Assembly (NCBI GenBank): GCA_035281425.1
Contig: DATEDX010000124.1
Location: 1 to 60,583, forward strand
Source of the DNA: Acidimicrobiia bacterium
GTDB lineage: Bacteria > Actinomycetota > Acidimicrobiia > Spongiisociales > ZC4RG35
DNA length: 60,583 nucleotides
Reading direction: 5' to 3'
The notes under the pieces: generated by a model
Databases searched by the model: none
Told to the model about the DNA's origin: nothing
Seen by the model: only the letters and a program-made list of their open reading frames with translations
Shown here: in pieces, positions 27,608 through 36,511 of the stretch
Position numbering within the stretch: position 1 is the first letter of the stretch
How the letters are laid out: the number at the start of each line of letters is the position of its first letter
Translations under genes and position numbers: made by a program

Positions 27608-28708
27608 CTAGCCGTCGGCAGCGAGCAGCTTCTGCAGCGCCCGCTCTGGCCGGGCCAGCCACTTGCTCCGGCGGGACTGGGCCCACACCCCCTGCAAGTC
27701 ACCGCTCTGGTGGGCCTGTTCGATGGCGGGGTGCACATAAGCTTGACGGCACACAGCCCTGGTGTTTCCCAGCGCCAGAGCGGCCACGTCCACTGCTTCG
27801 CGGAAGGCCCGCGCCCGGTCGGGCGGCTCTGGGGCCATAGTTGCCAGGTGGTTCACCACCAGCGCCGAGGCCCCCCAGGTTCGGAAGTCCTTGGCGGTGA
27901 AGTTCATCCCGGTGGCTTCCCTGAGATAGGAATTGACGTCGTCGGAGGTAACCGCTGAGAGCTCTCCTGCCTCGTTGAGGTAAGAAAAGAGGCGCTGGCC
28001 GGCCAGCTCCTGACATTGGGCAACCAGCCGGGCCAGGCGACGGTCGGCGACCGCCACTTCCTGGGGCTGCCCACCCTTGCCGTCGAAGGCGAAGCGAACT
28101 ACCCCCTGTTCTACATCGGCGTGGCGGGGCGCCAGGGTGGTAAGACCAAAGGAGCCGTTTTGTTGGGCATACCTCTCGTTCCCGATCCGGATCAGAGTCT
28201 GGTCGAGGACGCCGGTGCACAGCGCCACCACCCGAGACCTCGGCAGGCCGGGCCCGGCCAGATCGGAGATGATCGACTTGCGGAGACGTGGCAGGCATCG
28301 GGCGAATTCGAGCATGCGCTCGAACTTGACTTCATCCCGGACCTGCTCCCACTTGGAGTGGTAGCGATACTGCTTGCGCCCCTCGGCGTCGCGGCCGGTT
28401 GCCTGAATGTGGCCCTCCGCATCGGGGCAGATCCAGACCTCGGCCCAGGCGGGGGGAATCGCTAGGTCCTTGATTCGCTGCCGGTCACGCTCCTTCACCC
28501 GGGCTCCGCCGCCTTCGTGCGCATAGGTGAATCCCTTGCCTCGCCTGATTCGTTTGATCCCCGGCTCCTGGTCGGAGACCCAGCGCAGATTGGCCAAGTC
28601 GGCCAAGTTGGCACCGTTCAGTTCATGTTTCTCGGTCGCCGTCCCGACCACCAAGGCTCCTTCCGGGGGGCTGCATGGGCCTTCCCGTAATGGGTCCTGC
28701 CCAAACAT
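27608..28708 (-). CDS. type IB DNA topoisomerase
   Basis: LRWVSDQEPGIKRIRRGKGFTY...IPPAWAEVWICPDAEGHIQATGRDAEGRKQYRYH...TAKDFRTWGAS...LGNTRAVCRQAYVHP. The start is uncertain; ATG 28708 was chosen. Confidence 0.8.
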   Translation of the reverse strand: MFGQDPLREGPCSPPEGALVVGTATEKHELNGANLADLANLRWVSDQEPGIKRIRRGKGFTYAHEGGGARVKERDRQRIKDLAIPPAWAEVWICPDAEGHIQATGRDAEGRKQYRYHSKWEQVRDEVKFERMLEFARCLPRLRKSIISDLAGPGLPRSRVVALCTGVLDQTLIRIGNERYAQQNGSFGLTTLAPRHADVEQGVVRFAFDGKGGQPQEVAVADRRLARLVAQCQELAGQRLFSYLNEAGELSAVTSDDVNSYLREATGMNFTAKDFRTWGASALVVNHLATMAPEPPDRARAFREAVDVAALALGNTRAVCRQAYVHPAIEQAHQSGDLQGVWAQSRRSKWLARPERALQKLLAADG

Positions 28709-28804
28709 CAGGTTTGGCCAGGTGCTGCCCCGGGGAACTCGACAGTGATATCTGAAACTCGCCAGTTCGGCGACGACTGGCGACCTAAAGAAAGCCGGCA
28801 AGGC

Positions 28805-29758
28805 ATGCGAAAGATCGGGAGACTGTTGACCGCGGCCGCCAAAGACTGGGTGGCGGACAAGGCCCCTCGCATCGCCGCCGCCCTCTCCTACTACACCATC
28901 TTCTCGCTGCCTCCGCTGCTGGTGGTGTTGGTGGCGGTGGCCGGTTGGGTTTTCGGCGCGGAGAACGTTCGGACCCGCCTCTTGGCGGAGATCGCCGAAC
29001 TGGTGGGGGAACAGGCAGCCGCCTTGCTGGGCGAGGCTATCGAGCGGGCCGGGCAGCCCGGACAGGGGGCGGCCCTGGTGCTGGGGGTAGGGGCGCTGCT
29101 GTTTGCCGCCGGGGGGGCATTTGGACAGTTGCAGGAGGCCCTCAACTCGATGCTTGAAGTAGAAACGCCACCGGGGAGGGGGCTGTGGCGGATGGTTCGT
29201 AGGCGGCTTCTCTCCATCGCCGCGGTGGCCGGCGCCGGATTCCTGCTGTTGGTCTCACTGGCGGTGTCGGCCGCCATCGCCGCCATCGTGGAGGTGGCTT
29301 CCGGCGTAGAGGCGATGGCGCCCTTTCTCGTCCTGGTGGACTGGGTCACTTCACTCGTAATCACCACCACCGTCTTTGCTTTCTTATTCCGCTATCTCCC
29401 CGACACCCGCCTTCCCTGGCGGGGGGTATGGGCGGGGGCGGGCCTCACGGCGGTGTTATTCGTAGCCGGGAAGTTCGCCATCGGTTTCTACCTGGGAACG
29501 AGCGAGGTGGGCTCGGCCTATGGCGCCGCCAGCGCTCTCATTACCGTCCTGGTCTGGGTCTATTACTCGGCCCTCATCCTCTTCTACGGGGCTGAAGTGG
29601 CGCATCAAGTGGCCACGACCACCCCCAAGACACCGGCGTCGATCTCCCCCCCAGGCCGGGCATCATCAGAAAACGACCAATGGCAGCCTTCCCGGCTGGT
29701 GGCGACACTTCTGTTCGTGGTCGTCTGGTGGTGGGACCGCAAACGAGGACCGGATTAG
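28805..29758 (+). CDS. YihY/BrkB-family membrane protein
   Basis: From ATG 28805: MRKIGRLLTAAAKDWVADKAPRIAAALSYYTIFSLPPLLVV...YGAASALITVLVWVYYSALILFYGAE. Confidence 0.8.
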   Translation: MRKIGRLLTAAAKDWVADKAPRIAAALSYYTIFSLPPLLVVLVAVAGWVFGAENVRTRLLAEIAELVGEQAAALLGEAIERAGQPGQGAALVLGVGALLFAAGGAFGQLQEALNSMLEVETPPGRGLWRMVRRRLLSIAAVAGAGFLLLVSLAVSAAIAAIVEVASGVEAMAPFLVLVDWVTSLVITTTVFAFLFRYLPDTRLPWRGVWAGAGLTAVLFVAGKFAIGFYLGTSEVGSAYGAASALITVLVWVYYSALILFYGAEVAHQVATTTPKTPASISPPGRASSENDQWQPSRLVATLLFVVVWWWDRKRGPD

Positions 29759-30768
29759 CCGGAGTCTTCGGGAAAGCGGACGTGGGGGATGATCTGTGTC
29801 AGCCAGTGCTCCAATTGACCGGGATCAGGGGTCATGGTGTGAAGCATGAACTTTTGTACCCCCGCATCGACCCGGGCCTGCAACGACGAGACGATCTCGT
29901 CGGGAGTGCCGAACAGGTAGACCTTCTCCAGGTAGTGGGGGCCGCGGGCGTCGCTCATCACCCGGAGGAAAGCTCGATGTTGTTCTTCCCGGGCCCGGGC
30001 GGGATCGCTGGTCGGCACGAAATGCATGAAGTTTTCGTGGGCGACGGTGAGGGTGGCGGGGTCGCGACCATGGCTGCGGAGATACTCCTGCAGCTCCTCC
30101 CAGTCGCGGGCGATGTCCTCGGGAGGGCAGGTGGGGCGAGGGATCCATCCTTCGGTGCGGAGGATGCGCTCCTTGACGGCGTCGACGAAGCGGGGCAGGT
30201 CGGGGGAGCCGGGGTCGGCTAACTGGGAGCCTCCCCCGATCCAGATCTCGGGCCGGCGTTGGGGGCGCGGTTCGATGAGGACCTCATCGATGGAATAGAA
30301 GGTGCCCCGGTAGCTGTGGGACTTGCCCTCCAGCAGAGGAATGATGATGTCGAGGATCTCATCGGTGCGGGGGCCTCGCTCCGACTTCTTGACCCCGGTA
30401 GCGGCATATTCCGGTGGGTACCAGCCGATGCCGGCGCCGAGGACGAGGCGCCCCGCCGAGAGGAAATGAAGGGTGGCGAGTTGTTTGGCCAGCAACACCG
30501 GCTCCCGGATGGGAACCACCATCACCGAGGTTCCTAGCTTCACCCTTTCGGTCACCCCTGCCACCAGGGAGAGGGCGGAGACCGGTTCGAGAAACGAGAC
30601 CGAATAGAACTGGCGGGCGGCGAGCAAGTGGTCGGTGATGAAGATGGAGTCGAAGCCGAGATCTTCAACTTGGCGGGCGAAGTCGATCAGCCCCCGGGCT
30701 CGGTCGGGTCCGTCGCCCTCCCAGATAAAAGAGGGGAGGAATACCCCGAAGCGTTCGACGTTGTTCAT
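29755..30768 (-). CDS. LLM-class (probably F420-dependent) oxidoreductase
   Basis: GFDSIFITDHLL...KLGTSVMVVPIREPVLLAKQLATL..LS.GRLVLGAGIGW. Confidence 0.8.
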   Translation of the reverse strand: MNNVERFGVFLPSFIWEGDGPDRARGLIDFARQVEDLGFDSIFITDHLLAARQFYSVSFLEPVSALSLVAGVTERVKLGTSVMVVPIREPVLLAKQLATLHFLSAGRLVLGAGIGWYPPEYAATGVKKSERGPRTDEILDIIIPLLEGKSHSYRGTFYSIDEVLIEPRPQRRPEIWIGGGSQLADPGSPDLPRFVDAVKERILRTEGWIPRPTCPPEDIARDWEELQEYLRSHGRDPATLTVAHENFMHFVPTSDPARAREEQHRAFLRVMSDARGPHYLEKVYLFGTPDEIVSSLQARVDAGVQKFMLHTMTPDPGQLEHWLTQIIPHVRFPEDSG

Positions 30769-30782
30769 AGCGCTCCTTCCTG

Positions 30783-31535
30783 TCAGCGACCCACAAAACG
30801 CGGCGGACGTTTCTCTTTGAAGGCGGCGACTCCTTCCCCAAGGTCTTCGGTGGCAAAGACGCGTTCGGAAGCGGCCAGACTGGCGGCGGCTGCCTCAGGG
30901 TCGAGGAAGGAGTCGATGAGGAGCTTGGCCTCCCTCACTGCCAGCGGTCCGCGAGCCGCGATCTCCTCCGCCCATTCTTTGGCGGTGGCCTCGGCCTGGC
31001 CGGTAGCGGTGACGGCGTTGACCAGTCCGAAGCCGTGGGCCTCGGCCGCGGAATATTCGGCTCCCCGCAAGATCATCTCCTTGGCCTGGGCGGGGCCGAT
31101 CAGGCGGGGCAGGCGGTGAGTCCCCCCGGAGCCCGGGATCACCCCCAACCGCACCTCGGGTAGGGCCAGCCGGGCCGACTCGCTCGCCACCCGCAGGTCG
31201 CAGCAAAGAGCTAGTTCCAGCCCACCGCCAAATGCGATCCCCTCGATGGCCGCCACAGTGGGGAGGGAGAGCTGCGCTAGGCGGTCGTAGACCTGGTTCT
31301 CCCTGATCAACTTGCCTTCTCCCACCCTGCCGGCCAGGCCCGCGAACTCGTTGATGTCGGATCCAGCGGAGAAGGCCCGTTGGTTACCGGCCACCACCAA
31401 AGCGCGCATGCCCGGTTCAGCTTCGATCCGCCCCAGGGCTTGGTCGAGCGCCTCGGTCATCTGCCGGTTGAAGAGGTTGAGGGGGGGATGGTCGAGTCGC
31501 AGCAGTCCCACCTCACCCAACCGAAGCTCGATCAT
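30783..31535 (-). CDS. enoyl-CoA hydratase/isomerase (crotonase) family protein
   Basis: LRLDHPPLNLF...VVAGNQRAFSAGSDINEF...PTVAAIEGIAFGGGLELALCCDLRVAS...EGVAAFKEKR. Confidence 0.85.
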   Translation of the reverse strand: MIELRLGEVGLLRLDHPPLNLFNRQMTEALDQALGRIEAEPGMRALVVAGNQRAFSAGSDINEFAGLAGRVGEGKLIRENQVYDRLAQLSLPTVAAIEGIAFGGGLELALCCDLRVASESARLALPEVRLGVIPGSGGTHRLPRLIGPAQAKEMILRGAEYSAAEAHGFGLVNAVTATGQAEATAKEWAEEIAARGPLAVREAKLLIDSFLDPEAAAASLAASERVFATEDLGEGVAAFKEKRPPRFVGR

Positions 31536-33094
31536 CGGCTTTCCCCGTTTTTGGCGCGTAAAGGCGACGCCAGAGCGTCGCCTTTACGCGCCAAAACCCC
31601 GAAGGAGGAGGCGAGACCCATCGGCTCGGGGGAGAAGAGGCGAGGGTCCATGGTGGTGAGATGGGGGGAGATCCGGGGGCGGAATCCCATCCGGGAGAAG
31701 ATGTCGGCCTCGGGGTCCCGATCGGGAGCCACCTCGATCAGGGTGATGCCCTCCTCGTCCAGGGCGAATACCGCAAGGTCGGTGATGTAGTGGACCTGTT
31801 GATGCTGGCGTCGAGCCCGGGCGGCGGAGAAGGTGACCTCTTTGACTTGGGGAACGAACCGGGGGATGTCTCCGGCGGTGAGAGTTCCCACAAAACACAG
31901 CCGGGGAGTCCGCGCCGAGATGTTGGGAAAGCCCCCGGCGCCTCGCAAGCGGTGGCCAAAGGCGTGGACGTTGACGTTGCCCGCCCGGTCCACTTCGGCG
32001 AATGAAAGCGAGGCGATGTCGAGACCCCCGCCGTCGTAGAAGTCGAACATGGCGGTCTGATCAACGATGGCCTGGGGGTTGACCCCGGCGCCACCGTCGT
32101 TGCCACTGGCTGGCACTCCCCCGAAAATGCCTTGTTCCACGGTGAGGGTGAGGCGATCAGCCACCCCTTCTTCGCTGGCGATGGCCCCAATAAGTTGGGA
32201 AATGCCAAAGCCCAGGTTGCAGATGTCGCCTGGCCGGAACTCGAGCAGCGAACGGCGTGCGATGACCTTGCGGTGGTCGAAGGGCACCGTTTCATGGTCG
32301 GAAGCAGCCGCCCGTTTCTGCCCGGAGTAGAAGGGCGAATAGTCGGTCTGATAGGTCTGGGTTTGGTGGGGGTCGAGATAGGCATAGTCCACCAGGGCGC
32401 CGGGCACTGCCACCGCTCTTGGGGGAAGGCTGCCATTCGCCACCAGATGGCGCGCCTGGGCAATGACGATGCCGCCGCTGTTGTGGGCGGCCATGGCCAT
32501 CGCCAGCACCTCGCCGTTGATCGCCTCTCCGCTCATGCTGAGGTTGCCTTCTTGGTCGATCTCCCATCCCCGGATCACCGCCACATCGACCGGGAAGGAG
32601 GGAAAGAAGAGCCACTCCTGGCCGGCCAGCTCGACCACTTCCACCAGGTCCTGGGTGGCGGGACCTTGTTTGCCTCCTCCCCGGCGAGGATCGACGAAGG
32701 TGTCGAGGCCCACCGAGGTGAGCAGCCCCGGCCGTCCGGCGGCGATCTCCCGGCACAGCTGCGACAGCACCCCCTGGGGGAATGAGTAGGCCTCTATCTC
32801 TCCGGCGGCGACCATGGCGGCCAGGGCCGGTTCGTTGCCGAGGTTGGAGCCGATGGTGCGCCTCATCAGTCCGGGGAGCGCCAGCTGGGAGAAGCCCCGG
32901 TCGGCGAAGTCACCGATCCCCACCACCCGCACCGTGGTCAGCTGGCGGGGATGGCCGGTCTCGGAGTAGACCCGGGCCAGTGTGTCGATGAAGAGTTGGG
33001 GGACGGCGTGACCAGCTCCGGAACCACCGAAGAGGACGGTGGCGCCATCGTTGACGAGTCCTACTGCTTCCTCCGGTTGCAGCAGCGACCTCAC
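31532..33094 (-). CDS. acyl-CoA:acetate/3-ketoacid CoA-transferase (YdiF-like), with REP-encoded C-terminal tail
   Basis: From GTG 33094 (GTGA overlap with the SDR stop): LQPEEAVGLVNDGATVLFGGSGAGH...SFPQGVLSQL...GGFPNIS. The last 22 codons read through the 48-bp palindrome at 31549-31596. The stop overlaps the crotonase ATG (ATGA). Confidence 0.8.
   Translation of the reverse strand: MRSLLQPEEAVGLVNDGATVLFGGSGAGHAVPQLFIDTLARVYSETGHPRQLTTVRVVGIGDFADRGFSQLALPGLMRRTIGSNLGNEPALAAMVAAGEIEAYSFPQGVLSQLCREIAAGRPGLLTSVGLDTFVDPRRGGGKQGPATQDLVEVVELAGQEWLFFPSFPVDVAVIRGWEIDQEGNLSMSGEAINGEVLAMAMAAHNSGGIVIAQARHLVANGSLPPRAVAVPGALVDYAYLDPHQTQTYQTDYSPFYSGQKRAAASDHETVPFDHRKVIARRSLLEFRPGDICNLGFGISQLIGAIASEEGVADRLTLTVEQGIFGGVPASGNDGGAGVNPQAIVDQTAMFDFYDGGGLDIASLSFAEVDRAGNVNVHAFGHRLRGAGGFPNISARTPRLCFVGTLTAGDIPRFVPQVKEVTFSAARARRQHQQVHYITDLAVFALDEEGITLIEVAPDRDPEADIFSRMGFRPRISPHLTTMDPRLFSPEPMGLASSFGVLARKGDALASPLRAKNGESR
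31549..31596. repeat. REP-like 48-bp palindrome (family copy 2), inside the 3' end of a CDS
   Basis: ttttggcgcgtaaaggcgacg ccagag cgtcgcctttacgcgccaaaa, 21-nt perfect arms with a 6-nt loop. Confidence 0.95.
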
Positions 33095-33846
33095 GGCATG
33101 TGGCTCCCGCCGTTGGGGCAGAGGGTCTGCCCGTGGTAGAGAGCGGCGGCCTCGGAGAGGAGGAAGATGACGGTGGCTGCAATCTCTTCCGGCTGGGCGA
33201 AACGGCCGGCGGGTATCTCCGCCAGTCGCCGTTCCCCGGCGGGATGCTCGACGATGCCGGCGGTCATGGCGGTGACGGTCACCCCGGGAGCGACGGCATT
33301 GACCCGAATGCCCTGGGGCCCAAACTCTCGGGCCAGCGACTTGGTGAGTCCCAGCAGCCCTGCCTTGGCCGCGCTGTAGTGGGCCACTCCCGGCCAGCCC
33401 ACCTGGCCCAGCCGGGACGAGATCATTACCACTGCTCCCTTTCTCCTCCGCAACATCCCCGGCAGGGCGGCCTGGGTGCAGACGAAAGCCGCGGTGAGGT
33501 CGGTGCGGATGACCCGATCCCACTCCTCGTCGCTGATTTCGAGGAATGCGGTCTCGGGCATGATCCCGGCGTTGTTAACCAGTCCGTCGATGCGCCCGAA
33601 GTGCCGCTCCACCTCCTTCACCATCGACCGGGCCTGATCGCCGTCGGTCAGATCAGCGGCGAATATGGCTGCCTTGCCTCCCCGTCGGCTGATCTCCTCG
33701 GCCTGAGCCGAGGCCTGCTCCTCATCGTCGAGATAAGCAATGGCCACTTCGGCCCCCTCCAAAGCGGCGGCGTTGGCCACGGCGCCACCGATGCCGCCGG
33801 AGCCGCCGGTCACCAAAACCACCTGCCCCAAAAGGACCCCCGACAT
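33091..33846 (-). CDS. SDR-family oxidoreductase (FabG-like)
   Basis: VTGGSGGIGGAV, NNAG and YSAAK catalytic motifs, and IRVNAVAPG. Confidence 0.9.
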   Translation of the reverse strand: MSGVLLGQVVLVTGGSGGIGGAVANAAALEGAEVAIAYLDDEEQASAQAEEISRRGGKAAIFAADLTDGDQARSMVKEVERHFGRIDGLVNNAGIMPETAFLEISDEEWDRVIRTDLTAAFVCTQAALPGMLRRRKGAVVMISSRLGQVGWPGVAHYSAAKAGLLGLTKSLAREFGPQGIRVNAVAPGVTVTAMTAGIVEHPAGERRLAEIPAGRFAQPEEIAATVIFLLSEAAALYHGQTLCPNGGSHMP

Positions 33847-33888
33847 CCTCTTCTCCTGAGGGTTGAGGAAAGCGTTTGCCGCCCGACG

Positions 33889-34950
33889 TTAGCGGCTCGG
33901 GGGGGGAGCGGTAGAGGCCCTCACCACCAATGTCGGATTCATGGTCATGGTTTCCGGACTCGCTCCGCTCAGCCCCCCCAAAACCAGTCTCCCTCCCTGG
34001 CGTCCCAGCTCGACGGTGGGGACCCGCACTGTGGTCAAAGGCACTGGCCCGTATTCGGCAATGGTGAGGTCATCGATTCCCACTACCGACACCTGAGAGG
34101 GGACGGATACACCGCGATCGAGCAGACCTCGGATCGCTCCCAAGGCCAGCATGTCGTTGGCGGCCACTAGGGCGGTCGCTTCTCCCGCCAGCACCTGGCC
34201 CACCGCTTCCCGCCCCCCTCGGAGAGAGAAGTCGCCGGGGGTGATGAGGGCGGGGTCGGTAGCCATCCCGGCTCGTTCCAGGGCGAGGAGGTATCCCTCC
34301 AGGCGTCGCTGACTTACCGCTAGATGTTGAGGACCGGAGATGAATGCGATGCGGCGATGGCCCATCCCGAGGAGATGTTCGGTCGCCAGCTGGGCGGTTT
34401 TCTGGTTGTCAACTCTGGCCCCGGCGACTGGAAAGGGATGTTCGGAGAGGGTGACTACCACCCCGCCCCGCCTTTGATAAGACGACAGCACCTCCCACAG
34501 CCGGGCCACGTAGCCGGCGTCGACGATGGCCGAGGCGCAGAACACGATCCCGTCCACTTGGTAGGACTGGAAGGCCCGCACATAGTCGAGTTCTCGCTCG
34601 GGATCGCGGTCGGAGCTGGCCACCAAGAGCGAATAGCCACTGGCCCCGATGACGTCCTCCAGGCCTCGAAGGATCTCCCCGAAATAGGGGTCGGAAGTGT
34701 CGTGGACCAGGGCGGCGATGGTCTGGGACCGGGCCGTGACCAGCGCCCGGGCCAGACGGTTGGGAGCGAAGCTGAGCTGCTCGGCCGCGGCCAGCACCCG
34801 GGCCTTGGTGGCCGCTCCCACCGGATGGGTCGAGCCGGAGAGGACTCGAGAGGCCGTAGAAACCGAAACCCCGGCCAGCCGGGCAACTTCTCGAAGCGAG
34901 GTCTTGGTTCGGCTGACGGTCACCGCCGGGAGGCTAACTGAAAAAAACAT
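33889..34950 (-). CDS. LacI-family transcriptional regulator
   Basis: HTH: SLREVARLAGVSVSTASRVLSG, followed by a periplasmic-binding-protein-like core. The start is either ATG 34950 or GTG 34923. Confidence 0.85.
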   Translation of the reverse strand: MFFSVSLPAVTVSRTKTSLREVARLAGVSVSTASRVLSGSTHPVGAATKARVLAAAEQLSFAPNRLARALVTARSQTIAALVHDTSDPYFGEILRGLEDVIGASGYSLLVASSDRDPERELDYVRAFQSYQVDGIVFCASAIVDAGYVARLWEVLSSYQRRGGVVVTLSEHPFPVAGARVDNQKTAQLATEHLLGMGHRRIAFISGPQHLAVSQRRLEGYLLALERAGMATDPALITPGDFSLRGGREAVGQVLAGEATALVAANDMLALGAIRGLLDRGVSVPSQVSVVGIDDLTIAEYGPVPLTTVRVPTVELGRQGGRLVLGGLSGASPETMTMNPTLVVRASTAPPPSR

Positions 34951-34998
34951 GGAAAACGTTTGACGGCTTCCGCGCCCGGTCCATACAATCGTTTGCCG
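34951..34998. promoter_or_regulatory. two candidate LacI-type operator half-palindromes in the divergent promoter region
   Basis: ggaAAACGTTTgac (34951-34964) and acAAtCGTTTGc (34985-34996) resemble the LacI/GalR consensus core AANCGNTT. The matches are imperfect. Confidence 0.3.
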
Positions 34999-35034
34999 AC
35001 GCCCGCAGCCTGCGAGCGCTGGAGAGGAGGAGCG

Positions 35035-36417
35035 ATGCGATCAACCACACGGGTGTCTGCATTACTGGCGGTGCTGGCGTTGGTCATCGCCGCCTGCGGC
35101 GGCACCGGAGGGACCACCACTACTACCGGAGGAACCACCACCACCGGAGGAGGGGTTACCACCACAACCACCGGCGACGGGACCACCACTTCCGGCGCCA
35201 CCGGCGAACCCATCGTGTTCGCATCGTCGCTTCCCCTGACGGGTGAGTTCTCTATTGCCGGTGTCAAACACCAACGCGGTTACGAGTTCTGTGTCAACGA
35301 GATCAACGATCGGGGCGGGATCCTGGGTCGCCCGGTGGAGCTGACGATCGAAGACAACCGGAGCGACAGCGAAGTGACCGTTCAGCAGACCGAGCGGTTC
35401 ATCAACGTCGACAACGTTGACATCATCCTTGGGACCTTCTCCAGCCTGCTCACCTTCCCCGCCTCGGCAGTGGCGGAGCAGAACGGCTACGTGTATCCGG
35501 TGCCATCGGGAGGTGCTTACCGGATCTGGGCCCGTGGGTTCCAGAACATCTTTTACTTCCAGCAGCGTCCCGCTGAGTTCACCGGAGGGTCGATCGTCAG
35601 CCTCATCGATCACTACGAGGGGCAGGGGATCATCGATGCCCGGCCGACCACCGCCGCCATCGTTTACGCCGATGACTTCTTCGCCGCCGCCATCGCCAAT
35701 GGCTTCGTCGGCGGTACCGTCACCATCCCCGACACCGGTGAAGAAGTGGACCTGGCGCCTGGCTTCCTGGCCGACGCCGGGATCGAGCTGGTATTCGAGG
35801 AGCAGTGGCCGGTTGGATTCACCGACTGGACAACGCTGGCCAACTCGATCCGCAACTCAGGTGCCGAGTTCCTCTCCATCTCCACCGCCTCACCCGACGA
35901 AGCGATCTCGCTGATCCGGGCCCTGCAGACGGTCGGATTCCAGCCCAGGATGGTGTATGCCTCCCAAGGCGCTCAGAGCGAGTTCCAGGAGGCATTGGGC
36001 GACGCCGCCGAAGGGGTGCTGATCCACTCGGTGTGGGCGCCCACCACCAACTTCGAAGGGTCGCTGGCGGGTGAGCCCTACGACAATGCCACCTTCATCG
36101 AGCGCTACACCGCCGCCAACGGCGCCGCCCCCGATGAAGACGAGGCCCTGCCGTTTGCCGTCTGCCAGGGGATGGAACAAGCCATCATCGGCACCGGCGG
36201 AACCGATAACGCCGCCATCAGCGAATGGATGCATTCCCGCACCGCCGAAGAGCCGGTGCGGACGGTCGTGGGTGAATTCGTCTGGGACGAGCGGGGTCTT
36301 CCCGCCGCCCGCGACTTCCTCATCAACCAGTGGCAAGGTGGTGAACTCGCCTTCGTCTTCCCCGTCGGTGAGTTCCCCGGCACCGTGGACATGATCTACC
36401 CCAAGCCGGAGTGGTAA
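35035..36417 (+). CDS. Liv-type (HAAT family) ABC transporter substrate-binding lipoprotein
   Basis: GGAGAGGAGG lies upstream of ATG 35035. Lipobox: MRSTTRVSALLAVLALVIAACGG, followed by a Thr/Gly linker. The core reads IVFASSLPLTGEFSIAGVKHQRGYEFCVNEINDRGGILGRPVEL, typical of LivJ-like proteins. Confidence 0.85.
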   Translation: MRSTTRVSALLAVLALVIAACGGTGGTTTTTGGTTTTGGGVTTTTTGDGTTTSGATGEPIVFASSLPLTGEFSIAGVKHQRGYEFCVNEINDRGGILGRPVELTIEDNRSDSEVTVQQTERFINVDNVDIILGTFSSLLTFPASAVAEQNGYVYPVPSGGAYRIWARGFQNIFYFQQRPAEFTGGSIVSLIDHYEGQGIIDARPTTAAIVYADDFFAAAIANGFVGGTVTIPDTGEEVDLAPGFLADAGIELVFEEQWPVGFTDWTTLANSIRNSGAEFLSISTASPDEAISLIRALQTVGFQPRMVYASQGAQSEFQEALGDAAEGVLIHSVWAPTTNFEGSLAGEPYDNATFIERYTAANGAAPDEDEALPFAVCQGMEQAIIGTGGTDNAAISEWMHSRTAEEPVRTVVGEFVWDERGLPAARDFLINQWQGGELAFVFPVGEFPGTVDMIYPKPEW

Positions 36418-36430
36418 TCGTCGATCAGTC

Positions 36431-36462
36431 AAGGGGGACCCCGCCCGGGGTCCCCCTTTTCT
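36431..36462 (+). terminator. intrinsic terminator/attenuator hairpin between the binding-protein gene and the ATPase genes
   Basis: aagggggacccc gccc ggggtccccctt tt ct: perfect 12-bp GC-rich stem, 4-nt loop and a T-run. It lies 14 nt after the stop at 36417. Confidence 0.65.
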
Positions 36463-36511
36463 ACCCTCCGTGCTTCTACCCGGACGGCGCCGGCAGCGAA
36501 GGAGAAGTGGG

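Noticed and set aside
27560-27610. Two short hairpins after the topoisomerase IB stop as terminators
   Set aside because: The stems are only 6 bp (ccctac/gtaggg and gcggcg/cgccgc) with no U-tract. This is too weak to call.
33095-33523. 5' extension of the CoA-transferase ORF
   Set aside because: It overlaps the SDR gene in another frame and is Arg/Gly/Pro-rich. GTG 33094 in a GTGA overlap fits the operon's coupling pattern.
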